Positions 30,411 to 40,627 are shown, counted from the first letter of the stretch. The stretch: DNA of 64,000 nucleotides from Promethearchaeota archaeon (GCA_011364925.1 RDOA01000005.1:32001-96000); one strand, 5' to 3'. Made by a program: numbers and translations. Notes: a model not told the origin generated them from the letters alone.

Positions 30411-31007
30411 TCATACTAATAATTGCAGATTGATTTTGATTAAACGAATCGTGGAAGATGCTAAATATGAGCGATGTCCTAAGCTCAGATTTGTCAAATT
30501 CATCTTTTTCAATTCATTATCAATTAGAAAATCACCGCTTTGATCTCCAATGAGAAATAATAAATTATCTTTTGACTTCAATTTCCTAAACTCTTTTCTA
30601 TAATCATTACCAGATTCGTTTAACACATATATTTTATAATTTCGTTTAGTAAAATCCCTAATTGCATCAAAAATACTTTTCTCGGAGTATATTACTGATT
30701 CAAGTGTTTTAGGGTGGTTTTCTGTTTTGGTCTTATTCTTAATCAAGCCTACAAAAGAATCTGTCAGTAAAATTTCATTTTTCGGAAAAGTCTCATTATT
30801 TAGATAATTAGAATCAAAGATATATGTTCCATAATTATCAAGAAAAATCCAAATTTGAATATCTTTTTCAATTTCTTTTTCATTTAGAATAGCTGATAAG
30901 ACACATCTTGAAATAACATCAAGCCTTCCAGATGACCCCGGGATATCTTTGATATTATACTTACTGATGTTAACAGTTGCTGATTTTAAAAAATAGATAA
31001 TACTCAT
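30411..31007 (-). CDS. trmY: tRNA (pseudouridine54-N1)-methyltransferase
   Basis: PGSSGRLDVISRC, FLIGDQSG, LSLG SPOUT knot. Confidence 0.8.
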   Translation of the reverse strand: MSIIYFLKSATVNISKYNIKDIPGSSGRLDVISRCVLSAILNEKEIEKDIQIWIFLDNYGTYIFDSNYLNNETFPKNEILLTDSFVGLIKNKTKTENHPKTLESVIYSEKSIFDAIRDFTKRNYKIYVLNESGNDYRKEFRKLKSKDNLLFLIGDQSGDFLIDNELKKMNLTNLSLGHRSYLASSTIRLIKINLQLLV

Positions 31008-31114
31008 TAACTTAAAGCCGATCTAATCGAAATATCTGGTCTATTATGATTAGGAATACCACATTTGGATATATTATTTACTTTTTCGACCTAAAAACAC
31101 TTCTGAAATTCCTT

Positions 31115-31423
31115 TTACTTTACCTTTCTCTTTTTAAAGCGAGCAATTAAATAAAAAGCACTCATCATGATTGTTATCGAAAGTACAATTCCGAGAATTC
31201 CAGCAATATAATCATTATTAAGCCAAGATAAAATAGGAATCCAAGGTGAAAATAGATTATCGAGCCAATCTTCACCATGATAATCAATTAAGACTCTTTC
31301 TAAACCATCAGGAGCATTAGAAAGAAATCCAATCCTAAATCCTACTGATATTACTAACATTAATGAAGTGATAACGATTAATATAACAATTAATGGCCAT
31401 TTATTCCTTTTTAATATGCTTAT
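31115..31423 (-). CDS. PDGLE-domain protein (NikN/CbiN-like ECF component), probable ATA start
   Basis: APDGLE motif; frame extends upstream of ATG 31360 as SILKRNKWPLIVILIVITSL behind GGAGTGA. Confidence 0.8.
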   Translation of the reverse strand: MSILKRNKWPLIVILIVITSLMLVISVGFRIGFLSNAPDGLERVLIDYHGEDWLDNLFSPWIPILSWLNNDYIAGILGIVLSITIMMSAFYLIARFKKRKVK

Positions 31424-31425
31424 TA

Positions 31426-32097
31426 TTAGTTCACTCCCAATATTGATTCAGTTGTAATAAGATCAGGTTTGGCTTTATAAATATAGAATATAATTAACGC
31501 AGATATTATTCCTTCACCAATTCCAATTAAAAGATGCCAAAAAACCATAGCAGGTACAGCGATTGCTATTGGTACTTTACCACCAATCGCAATTTCAATG
31601 CCGCATATGAAGGAAGCTAATACAATTGCAATATAGGATCCTATCGCAGTTGCGATCGATACTTTTAATTCTTTTTTGAGGGATGTTTTATTTAAAGCTC
31701 TTACTAACAATGTAACCAAATAAAAACCTACGATTCCTCCGATTATTCCCATATTGAAAGCGTTCGCTCCTAGCGCAGTAATGCCACCATCTGCAAAAAG
31801 ACTTTGGATTACTAAAATTAGAAATAAAACTATGACTGATGCCCATGGACCAAGGATAACAGCTACTAGAGTGCCTCCTACCAAATGGCCGGATGTTCCT
31901 CCAGGTACAGGATAATTAACAAACTGAAAAGCAAAAATTATTGCAGCTAAAACTCCAATATATGGGATTAACTTTTCAGAATCCTCTTTTTCAAACATTT
32001 TACCCATTCTAAAATATCCAAGGATCATTACGGTAACGGTAATAACCCATAACACTATCGTAGTAACAGGATCAAGTAACCCGTCAGGTAGATGCAT
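31426..32097 (-). CDS. cbiM: Co/Ni ECF transporter substrate component
   Basis: MHLPDGLL N-terminus, GTSGHLVGG, ADGGITALGAN. Confidence 0.92.
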   Translation of the reverse strand: MHLPDGLLDPVTTIVLWVITVTVMILGYFRMGKMFEKEDSEKLIPYIGVLAAIIFAFQFVNYPVPGGTSGHLVGGTLVAVILGPWASVIVLFLILVIQSLFADGGITALGANAFNMGIIGGIVGFYLVTLLVRALNKTSLKKELKVSIATAIGSYIAIVLASFICGIEIAIGGKVPIAIAVPAMVFWHLLIGIGEGIISALIIFYIYKAKPDLITTESILGVN

Positions 32098-32137
32098 TTT
32101 TGATTTTTCTATTATTTATTATCGATTAATTTTTCAG

Positions 32138-32192
32138 TTATGAATAATATTTTATCATAATTTAGTATTATTTAAAAAAGATATGATAATTT
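32138..32192. promoter_or_regulatory. Inverted repeats in the divergent cbiM/cbiQ promoter, possible metal-regulator site
   Basis: TTATGA-N11-TCATAA, TTATCATA...TATGATAA and GTATTA-N16-TAATTT. Confidence 0.3.
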
Positions 32193-32226
32193 TATAATCT
32201 AGTATGAAATGACAAATTAGAATGAA

Positions 32227-33102
32227 TTGCGTTTTACACATCAATATACACTATTTTTTGAACGATCTAAAAGAGAACTAAGGAGATATAAAAAATTGGA
32301 CATAGAATTACCTTTCAAACACGAAACAGAGAAAAACTTTTTAAGTAAGATACATCCTTTAATTCGAGTCTTTCTTCCTTTTATATTAGTTATCCCGTTT
32401 ATTCTATTATATGATGTTTATTTAGTGATCGCTATAACTCTGCTTTCTTTTTTTTTAAATCTCGCATTTAACTTACATCCTTTTAAGATTTTATCAAAAA
32501 TAAAAGCACTAATTCCATTCATTCTTCTTATCACCATCTTCATTCCTTTTTATGTTGGAAACACGGTGTTATTCCAATTAAATATTGGAATCACATTAAA
32601 CATTTACCAAGAGGGATTAACCCTCGCGTTAACCTTATTTTTTCGTATTTTTGGGGCTGCGTTTATTTTTATGACATTTCTAACCTCACTAACATATTCT
32701 GAATTTATTGAAGCATTAACTAAACTCAGAGTAGTTCCTCCATTTTTTATTGGAAGTATAGTTATCATGCTTCATTATATTCCAATTTTAGCGATGTCTA
32801 ATAAAAAAGTATTAGATGCCCAAGATTTAAGAGGAAAAAACTTTACATCCTATTGGCAAAGAATAAAAGCTCATGCGTTTATTATGGGAAAAAATGTAGT
32901 GCACAATATGGAGAGGAGTGAAAAGTTATATGAAAGTTTAAAATTGAGGGGATTTTCTGGTAGGATTACCTTTTCTTCAAAAAAATTGAAATTAGTGGAC
33001 ATTCTTATGGTATTACTATTTTTAAGTATCATCTTCGCACTTATTTACTTTATACATATAAAGCAAATACAAATTGAGGTTTTTCAATTATTTATCTTAT
33101 AG
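32227..33102 (+). CDS. cbiQ: ECF transporter transmembrane component (start uncertain)
   Basis: KIHPLIR, AQDLRG, SLKLRGF. Confidence 0.88.
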   Translation: MRFTHQYTLFFERSKRELRRYKKLDIELPFKHETEKNFLSKIHPLIRVFLPFILVIPFILLYDVYLVIAITLLSFFLNLAFNLHPFKILSKIKALIPFILLITIFIPFYVGNTVLFQLNIGITLNIYQEGLTLALTLFFRIFGAAFIFMTFLTSLTYSEFIEALTKLRVVPPFFIGSIVIMLHYIPILAMSNKKVLDAQDLRGKNFTSYWQRIKAHAFIMGKNVVHNMERSEKLYESLKLRGFSGRITFSSKKLKLVDILMVLLFLSIIFALIYFIHIKQIQIEVFQLFIL

Positions 33103-33839
33103 AAGTGGAAAATTTGAGTTTTGAATATAATTCAGATTTTTCCATTGAAAATTTGTCATTCAAAATCGAGGAAAGTTCAATATACGCTCTGACAGGAAAC
33201 AATGGCTCTGGAAAAACAACTGTACTTCGGTTATTAGTTGGTTTATTAAAGCCTAAGGAAGGGAAAATTAAAATTTTTGACGAATTCTTAACAAGAAACA
33301 GAAATCAATTATGGAAATTACGTCAGCAAATTGGATTTCTATTTCAAAATCCCGATGATCAGTTATTTGCTCCAACAATAAGAGAAGATATAGGTTTTGG
33401 AGCAAGGAATCTAGGACTTGAAGAAAGCGAGATTAACGACAGAGTTGAATGGGCGCTAGATGCCGTTAATTTGACCCAATATGGTAATAGTTCGCCATAT
33501 TATTTATCTTGGGGTCAAAAAAAGCGAGCTGCTTTAGCAGGATTATTAGTTATGAGACCTAAATTATTAATATTAGATGAACCCTTTGCAAATCTTGATT
33601 TCAAATCTATATATAATCATTTGCAAATTTTTAACACTCTTAAAAAAGAGCAGAAAATGACAATTTTATTTACTACTCACAATCTTTTCTTTATAGAAAA
33701 TTGGGCAGATAAAATGCTTGTTTTAAATGACGGAAAGGTTATGTTCGAAGGTCTTCCAGAAGAGGGCTTAAAAAATCCCAAAGTCAAAGAAGTATTAGGT
33801 TCTTATACAGAACTTCTAACTCTTATTGATAAAAAATAA
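33087..33839 (+). CDS. cbiO: ECF transporter ATPase (ATT 33087 or GTG 33105 start)
   Basis: GNNGSGKT, FQNPDDQLF, LSWGQKKR, LDEPF. Confidence 0.92.
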   Translation: MIYLIEVENLSFEYNSDFSIENLSFKIEESSIYALTGNNGSGKTTVLRLLVGLLKPKEGKIKIFDEFLTRNRNQLWKLRQQIGFLFQNPDDQLFAPTIREDIGFGARNLGLEESEINDRVEWALDAVNLTQYGNSSPYYLSWGQKKRAALAGLLVMRPKLLILDEPFANLDFKSIYNHLQIFNTLKKEQKMTILFTTHNLFFIENWADKMLVLNDGKVMFEGLPEEGLKNPKVKEVLGSYTELLTLIDKK

Positions 33840-33896
33840 TGATGTGTTCTGACAAAATAGAATAAGTTTTTTTAACTTCATTTTATATTGTTACAT

Positions 33897-34201
33897 GGGA
33901 AAATGATGATGGAGCATTAGCATATTCGAGGACGCGTATGATTAACCGTGATTACGCGTGCAATGTTATGCAAACATCCTGAATTTATTAATCAACAATT
34001 TCCTGTAAAAATGGGCTCTTAATCTAGCAATGGTAATACCGTGCAATGAGATTTGAGTCAGTACCCAGGCAGGATACATGATTATGTCCCGAAAAGGCAT
34101 AGAAATTAACGCCTAGCACGAGAGAACTTATTTGATTAATGGTATACCCATTGAGTGATAAATTTGCGTTAGTGCACTAGGCAACAATATATGCTGATTT
34201 A
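33897..34201 (+). ncRNA. Candidate large structured C/D-box-like RNA (~300 nt)
   Basis: ATGATGA at 33903, CTGA at 33979 and 34194, four helical domains, GC above background, no ORF in track. Confidence 0.6.
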
Positions 34202-34225
34202 ACGAATAATAGATTAAGACACTAA

Positions 34226-34696
34226 TTATAATAGGCTTATTGTATCCGAATTAAAAAGTTCTTTTAATTCTTTATTCATTTCTCCCGTTTCTTCTTGGAG
34301 ATACCTGTCTAAAACAGTAGAAATCTTTTTAGAATATCTTTTCATTAAAGCCCTCACAAGCCCTATTTGGATGTTTTTATCTGTAGCAATACATAATACA
34401 CCCTTTCCAACCTTGAGGGAGAAGATCATACCTTTAAAATATTCTGTGATTTGCAAATGAATATTTCCATATCCAAGTATGTATCCTTGTTCTTCTCCAG
34501 CAGTAAAAACAGCGCCTCCAATCGCTCCAATCTTTTCTACAGAGAGGTCATCTTCGTTTTTCAAGATGAACTTTGATTCACTCATGATGGTTATTCCCGT
34601 ATCGTCTATAATTATAGCATATTTTAAGCCTGGAGTGCTATTAATAATTTCTTTTAAAAGATTTTTTAAAATACGCTCATCTTGGGAATAACTCAA
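34226..34696 (-). CDS. Roadblock/LC7 domain protein
   Basis: AIIIDDTGITI, KIGAIGGAVF, QIGLVR. Confidence 0.85.
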   Translation of the reverse strand: MSYSQDERILKNLLKEIINSTPGLKYAIIIDDTGITIMSESKFILKNEDDLSVEKIGAIGGAVFTAGEEQGYILGYGNIHLQITEYFKGMIFSLKVGKGVLCIATDKNIQIGLVRALMKRYSKKISTVLDRYLQEETGEMNKELKELFNSDTISLL

Positions 34697-34868
34697 TTAT
34701 TATCACCTGTTATTTTTCAACCTAATAGGGCTAATATTCAATGTATCTTATTATTTTAATAAGAAATTATTTAAAGTAAACTGGAGTTGCTTATTTACTT
34801 AATAATGAAATAAAATTATAGCTTTAAAAACTTAATTCTCCTAAATTAATTTTATGTTCCATAACAGA

Positions 34869-35243
34869 TTAAAATAATTCTTGCGCTCTAATTAGCGTTT
34901 TTAAGGGTTTTACTCCACTTTTATTATAATTTGACTTTTCTAATAGAATAAATAGTCTGATCCTCTTCGCTTTATCAATATCAAATTTCAATTGAACCAA
35001 GTTTGGATCATTAAGTAAGTCTTTATTTTCTTTGTTTTTAGTAACTGCCCATAGTGCTAATTTGTTTTCATGAATCCAAAGTCGTTTTGAGATGTCTGAC
35101 CCTATTGGAAATCCATTTTTGTCCGTTATCACCCCCGCAACAAAGTTTGGGAAGTAATTTTTGATTTGTTTTAAAAAATAATTGACCTCAATTTGATTAA
35201 TAAGCCTGTTATTCTCTCGTTTCATATAATCATACCTACACAA
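34869..35243 (-). CDS. Divergent roadblock-like protein
   Basis: VAGVITDKNGFPIGS motif. Confidence 0.6.
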   Translation of the reverse strand: MCRYDYMKRENNRLINQIEVNYFLKQIKNYFPNFVAGVITDKNGFPIGSDISKRLWIHENKLALWAVTKNKENKDLLNDPNLVQLKFDIDKAKRIRLFILLEKSNYNKSGVKPLKTLIRAQELF

Positions 35244-35380
35244 ATCAATTGATCTATAAAATTAATTTTAGTAAAAAGTCATTAATTAGTATGATATCGT
35301 GATATTATTCCCTTGTAAATAACGTACATTTAAGATCGAATAACCTTCCCTTGAAAAAGTAGGAGTTTGTATAGAGTTAA

Positions 35381-36337
35381 TTACTTTTTATTGATTCCAA
35401 GATCTAGATTCTCAATTAATTCTTGAAATCTATTTCGGACAGTAACCTCTGTCACTTGGGACACTTTAGCAATTATTCTTTGAGTTCTTCGCTCATCAGT
35501 CAAGATGCTTGCAGCGTAGATCGCCGCCGCACATACTCCAGTTGGTCCCCGACCTGAAGTTAATCCTCTTATTTCAGCCATTTTAATAACTTTTTTAGCC
35601 ATTTTATGGCATTGTGTAGAAAGTCCTAACTCAGATACAAACCGAGTTAGAAAATCCATAGGTTTGGTTGGATTTAGATTTAATTCTAACTCTTTAGAGA
35701 TAAATCTGTAGGACCTTCCAATTTCCTTTTTGTTAACTCGAGCAACATCAGCAATTTCATTTAAAGTGCGAGGTACTTTATACATTCTGCATGCTGCATA
35801 CAAACTTGCTGCTGCAACACCTTCAATACTCCGCCCCCTTATTAAATGCGCTTCAACAGCATCTCTATAAATTTTTGCAGAACATTCGCGAAGATTTTTT
35901 TGAAGATCGAGATTTGAAGCCATTCGATCTAATTCACTTAAAGCAAAGGTTAGATTTCTTTCTGTAGCGTCTGACACTCTAATTCTCGATTGCCATTTTC
36001 TTAAACGGTAAATTTGACCTCTAATTTTCGCCGAAATTTCTTTACCAAAAATATCCCTATTTTTCCAGTCAATCATTGTACTGAGTCCTTTGTCATGAAT
36101 CATATATGTCATAGGCGCTCCAGTTCTAGTTCGTTTCTTTTTTTGATCAGAGTCAAATGCACGCCATTCTGGACCCTGATCTATATGTTTTTCACTGTGA
36201 ACTAAACCACATTTTTCACAGACTAACAAACCTCTGTTTTCATCAAATAATATATTTTGACCACACTCACTACATATTTCATGACTACGGTCAGTATTCT
36301 CTTCTAAGAAAGCATTACTTTGATTCCAACTTGAAAT
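35381..36337 (-). CDS. tfb: Transcription initiation factor IIB, ATT start
   Basis: CSECG...CEKCG zinc ribbon, GPEWRAF, two cyclin repeats; TAA GCT ATT preceded by GAGGGAG. Confidence 0.95.
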   Translation of the reverse strand: MSSWNQSNAFLEENTDRSHEICSECGQNILFDENRGLLVCEKCGLVHSEKHIDQGPEWRAFDSDQKKKRTRTGAPMTYMIHDKGLSTMIDWKNRDIFGKEISAKIRGQIYRLRKWQSRIRVSDATERNLTFALSELDRMASNLDLQKNLRECSAKIYRDAVEAHLIRGRSIEGVAAASLYAACRMYKVPRTLNEIADVARVNKKEIGRSYRFISKELELNLNPTKPMDFLTRFVSELGLSTQCHKMAKKVIKMAEIRGLTSGRGPTGVCAAAIYAASILTDERRTQRIIAKVSQVTEVTVRNRFQELIENLDLGINKK

Positions 36338-36388
36338 AGCTTACTCCCTCTTAAAGATTGGTTCTTTAATAGAAAGGTTTCATTGATT

Positions 36389-36637
36389 CTAACGCATTTT
36401 TGCGTAAAGGTTACCACTTGGATTAAAGTTCATACTGGGAATAATTTTCATTGAGATGAATGGGAGAGTTATTGGTCCAAAGATTTCTTTAATAAAACCA
36501 ATTTCAACAAATTCTTCTGTGAAAACTGGTTTGTTGGAAATCTTTTCTAGGCTTTTATTCCATTTCTTTGCTCTAAATATATGATGTTTTTTAGACATTC
36601 CGAGATAATTTAGGTTCAGTTTTATATATTTTTGCAA
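36389..36637 (-). CDS. gar1: Gar1/Naf1 family H/ACA RNP protein
   Basis: IGFIKEIFGPITLPF; typical gar1-tfb linkage. Confidence 0.8.
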   Translation of the reverse strand: MQKYIKLNLNYLGMSKKHHIFRAKKWNKSLEKISNKPVFTEEFVEIGFIKEIFGPITLPFISMKIIPSMNFNPSGNLYAKMR

Positions 36638-36771
36638 GCAACGACCCTAACTATTGTTTAAATTATGAAATAATAAATCTATGGTAGATATTTAAATATA
36701 ACTTTTTTTAAAAAAGGAGGTTAAGGATGAAGTCTTTTTGTAAGATGTGCTCTATTAAACTTAGAATAAAT

Positions 36772-37875
36772 CTAAATAAAATACTTCTGTAACTGATATT
36801 TTAACAAGCAATTACAAGGAACTTCTGATTTAATTTTTATCAAACAGTTAACATCTTGAGTTAGAACAAATTCTTCTAGCGTTTTGCTCATTAAGGTGTT
36901 ACATTCTCTTTTTAGACAATTGTGAATACCTTTCTTAGTTCCTGCACCTGAAGGAGAAGAAATAATTCTTACTGATTTTAATACATCGTTATCTCTATAT
37001 GCCTTTATCAAACATTTAAACAACGAGTAAAACCACGGAGGTCGATATCTATTCTGATAAAAAAGATATTCAACAAGAGAGTTCTTCTGAATATTTAAAG
37101 GATTAATTGAAATAGTATTTACTTTCAACTTTGCTAACGCTAGGATAGACTCAACGCAGTCTTCTATCGCAGTCTGCTCATTTAGGAATGGTGGCTTGAA
37201 TAGCAAATATACTCTAACTCCGATATCGTGCTCGCTACAAAGTTGGAGCGCATTTAAGAAATCTTTAAAATTTAAACCTTTATTAATGTAATTGTTTCTT
37301 ATGTAATCATTTACGGTTTCTAAACCAATCGCAACTTCAGTGTATTTATTTGGTAAGACTTTTTTTATCTTTTTTAATTTTTCGACAGTTATATATTCGA
37401 CTCGGGATTCAACCACAATTTCGATAATTTTAGGTATCGTTGCTATTTTCTTGTAAATAAATTCTCGAACTTCTTCTGATATTTCGTTATCATCAAAAAA
37501 GCTTCCAGAATTAAAAATTTTGATAATAAAATCATCTTCATCTGTTATAATATCATTTAACTTCTCTTTGAAGGCATAATCTATTTGATTCATTATGTGA
37601 ATTTGGTCTATTTTTTCTATTGTAGAATCTTGGATGTATCCACACATAGAACAACCCCCAGAATCCCCTAAAGCCCAGCTACAGCCTTTGGTTCTTAAAA
37701 TTATAGTGAATTCCTTACCTTTTTTTTTTAATAATCTATCTTCTTTTATCCAGAAACTTACCGGCTTATCTAATTGTATCTGTGTAAAACTTTTTTTGCC
37801 TTTTATTGATTTAAATCTAAAATCTTTAATTTTTTCAATGAGTTGTAAATTTATATTAAATTTTTTCGTAGACAT
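36772..37875 (-). CDS. Archaeosine biosynthesis radical SAM protein RaSEA
   Basis: LRTKGCSW...GCSMCGY, FNSGSF, LLFKPPFL, YRPPW; overlaps arcS. Confidence 0.9.
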   Translation of the reverse strand: MSTKKFNINLQLIEKIKDFRFKSIKGKKSFTQIQLDKPVSFWIKEDRLLKKKGKEFTIILRTKGCSWALGDSGGCSMCGYIQDSTIEKIDQIHIMNQIDYAFKEKLNDIITDEDDFIIKIFNSGSFFDDNEISEEVREFIYKKIATIPKIIEIVVESRVEYITVEKLKKIKKVLPNKYTEVAIGLETVNDYIRNNYINKGLNFKDFLNALQLCSEHDIGVRVYLLFKPPFLNEQTAIEDCVESILALAKLKVNTISINPLNIQKNSLVEYLFYQNRYRPPWFYSLFKCLIKAYRDNDVLKSVRIISSPSGAGTKKGIHNCLKRECNTLMSKTLEEFVLTQDVNCLIKIKSEVPCNCLLKYQLQKYFI

Positions 37876-39943
37876 TTAGAATCTTACCTGTTTTAGAATT
37901 CTTAATATAATTTGAACCTACAATTAAACTGCCTAATCCAATCAAACTTTCTTCTTGTTTATTAAATATTAAAACAATATCCTTTGGTACGAGATTTTGA
38001 CTGAAATCAATAATTCCTGGGCGAAATAAAGTGTTTCCATTGATGTGTTCCCCGTCAAATACAATAATATTCTTCTTTTCTTCGAATGGTAATAACCTAT
38101 TTGCGCCGTCAAGACTTAATTCAATTTGACCCGATTTATTATTGAAATTACCTAGTTTCTTTCGATTTTTTTGATCTATTATTTCAATCTGATCATTATT
38201 TTTATTTTTCCATGTCTTTATCCCATTGAGAAATATATTGTTTCCCGATTTTGGACCAAATTGATAATCAATTATTTTAATAAACTTACGAGTCCAAGTT
38301 TTCAAGAAGTTTTTATTTTCAGGAATATTAAGTTCAAGTCCGGCGGACTCTTTTAAAGACTTTATTTTCTTCTCGAAAGACAGCAAAGAATCCTTATTTG
38401 TAAGATTTCCTTCAATATCACTAAAATAAAATTTATGGTTTAATTGCCTCTTAGCTTCGTCTACTATTTCTAAGTATCCTGAGTCCTTTAAGTGACACAA
38501 TACAGGAATTCTATCGTCATACTTCTTCAATAAGGAAATGAGCATATTTGAGGCAATCTCTATTTCTTCCTTATCCCATTCTCCTGTCACAGAGATATCA
38601 TAAGAATTAACTGGATAAATATTTTCTAGTTGTCTTGGGATTGCTCCCAGTGGCGAAGTTATAATAATTTCTTGAAAATCTGGAAAATCTGGAAATTTTC
38701 TTATTACACTTTGAAATTTCCTATGGGATTTCGATTCGGAGTAAGGCTTTTTTGCTGAACACGGTAAAAGTATAATTAATTTCGTCCATACTTCCGGTGT
38801 AAAGTTCTTTATAACGCGATCCCGGAATTCTTGGAAATCTGGTCTGCAATACGAAGAGAGCCCAAAACTTTTAATAACTTTACTTGTTTGAGTAATTGGG
38901 GTCTCAAATCTCAATACATTAAAATATTGCTTATCAAGTATTCTTAAAGTAGAGATAATATTTACATCATCAAAGGTAGATTTTTCAATAAAACCTCTAA
39001 AATCTTCAATCCTCATGTATAATTTAATTTTATGCATATATGTGTATGCTGAAATAATATTGTGAAGAGTTAATTGTTCCAACTTTTCAGATGAATATTT
39101 GTCAGTAAGATTGTATTTTAAACTTCGCTTACAAATAGCGCACGAACAAGGAAAATATTTTATTTTGTAAATTGGAAGTAAATATTCGATAGTATCGTAG
39201 AAATTTTCAGTTGATAAATACAATAAATAAGAACAATCTATAAGATCAATCCCAAGGTAGATTAAAATCGGATAATATTTCGGGATAATTCTGCCAGAAG
39301 CCATTAAAACTAGGTTATTATCGAGTTCTTTTTTGATTTTAAATATCACGCTTAATATTTGCCTAAAATTACTAAAGTTGTCAAAAAGATCTACTAAATT
39401 AAGTATTCTCACATTCTCATTATTCTTAATTAAAGGAATGTAAAGATCAAATAACTCATAATATTCATAGATCTTAATAGATAATCCAAAATCTAAACCA
39501 TTATATTTTTTTAGAATTTCATTAGATTCACTTATAAAATTATTAATTTCTTCTATAGCAAATTCCTTGTTAATTGCCGTTGTCGCAATATTGAATGGGA
39601 TAGAAGGTATAATGTTATCTTCTTGAAAGATATCAACATTAGAAGCTAATTTTTCCTTAAAAAACTCCATTGAACCATTATGTGTGTATATGAAACCAGT
39701 TTGTTTGAATTTGTCTCTTAAAAATTCTATCTTTAAATAAAAATCTTTTAAAATTAGGAATATTTCGTGATCTTCAAATTCCTCAAGAAAGTTAACATTA
39801 TTCATTAAACTTTTCTTCATCGGAACAATAATATTCGGCGTCGATATAAACTTTTTCGTCTCTTTTGAACATACTATTCTTCCGATTCTTGAGAACCCTA
39901 CGCTTTTTGTAAGTAATTCAAAAAAGTAATTCATGGTTTTCAA
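37856..39943 (-). CDS. arcS: Archaeosine synthase alpha subunit
   Basis: TGT-like N-half with CSCAIC, LLPCSAKKPYS, TSPLGAIPR, YDISVTGEW, C-terminal PUA. Confidence 0.88.
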   Translation of the reverse strand: MKTMNYFFELLTKSVGFSRIGRIVCSKETKKFISTPNIIVPMKKSLMNNVNFLEEFEDHEIFLILKDFYLKIEFLRDKFKQTGFIYTHNGSMEFFKEKLASNVDIFQEDNIIPSIPFNIATTAINKEFAIEEINNFISESNEILKKYNGLDFGLSIKIYEYYELFDLYIPLIKNNENVRILNLVDLFDNFSNFRQILSVIFKIKKELDNNLVLMASGRIIPKYYPILIYLGIDLIDCSYLLYLSTENFYDTIEYLLPIYKIKYFPCSCAICKRSLKYNLTDKYSSEKLEQLTLHNIISAYTYMHKIKLYMRIEDFRGFIEKSTFDDVNIISTLRILDKQYFNVLRFETPITQTSKVIKSFGLSSYCRPDFQEFRDRVIKNFTPEVWTKLIILLPCSAKKPYSESKSHRKFQSVIRKFPDFPDFQEIIITSPLGAIPRQLENIYPVNSYDISVTGEWDKEEIEIASNMLISLLKKYDDRIPVLCHLKDSGYLEIVDEAKRQLNHKFYFSDIEGNLTNKDSLLSFEKKIKSLKESAGLELNIPENKNFLKTWTRKFIKIIDYQFGPKSGNNIFLNGIKTWKNKNNDQIEIIDQKNRKKLGNFNNKSGQIELSLDGANRLLPFEEKKNIIVFDGEHINGNTLFRPGIIDFSQNLVPKDIVLIFNKQEESLIGLGSLIVGSNYIKNSKTGKILNVYEKI

Positions 39944-40039
39944 TTAAAGATATTATTCTTTTGTAAATAAATTAATTTATTTCACTATTTTTATGTGTTT
40001 TTCCTCTTAAAGAAAAACTATTTTCAGAATATAGATTAC

Positions 40040-40627
40040 TTATTCTTCGATTTTGTAAATTCCTCGCTTATACATTTCAAAAAGTATTTTAGCTTCGTGA
40101 ATTGCATCATCAACTGCTCGATGTTTTTCTGCATAATTAGTATTAGGAAAAATATTATCCCAAGCTTCTTGCATTTTGGGATTCTTGTACCCTCCTTTGG
40201 GATACATAATCTTACATGCTTCTTTTGCCACTGCCATAATGTCAGGGATATCTTTTTTTATAACAAAACCTCTCGATTCCATAAAGTCAAAATCGAAGGA
40301 TGTGTTGTAAGCAGTTAACGAATAAAAATTCAATATTTCTTGTATGTCTTCTTTCACATTACTAAGATTAGGAGCTTTCTGAATTTCCTCAAACTTTAGA
40401 TCGGAATTGTAAAATATCCATGCGTTTTTGTGATATTCTCCAAATTGTGATTCCTTTACTGGTGAATCGAATAAAATTTTAGTTTTCCCAGTTCTTAAGT
40501 CAAGTTCAACGATTGCTATCTCAATAATTAATCCGTTTTCTGGTTTTAAATCTGTCGTTTCAATATCAATTATAGCAATTTTATCTTGGGATATGCTTTT
40601 GGCAAAATCAGTGATATCTCGAAATAT
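40040..40627 (-). CDS. DEDDh 3'-5' exonuclease, probable ATA start
   Basis: IIDIETT (ExoI, upstream of track start), AYNTSFD, HRAVDDA; GAGGAG upstream. Confidence 0.85.
   Translation of the reverse strand: MFRDITDFAKSISQDKIAIIDIETTDLKPENGLIIEIAIVELDLRTGKTKILFDSPVKESQFGEYHKNAWIFYNSDLKFEEIQKAPNLSNVKEDIQEILNFYSLTAYNTSFDFDFMESRGFVIKKDIPDIMAVAKEACKIMYPKGGYKNPKMQEAWDNIFPNTNYAEKHRAVDDAIHEAKILFEMYKRGIYKIEE

Noticed and set aside
33897-34201. RNase P RNA, SRP RNA, tmRNA or cobalamin riboswitch
   Set aside because: No GAGGAAAGUCC-type P4 motif, no SRP helix-8 CAGG/AGCA loop, no tRNA-like ends and no B12-box on either strand by eye
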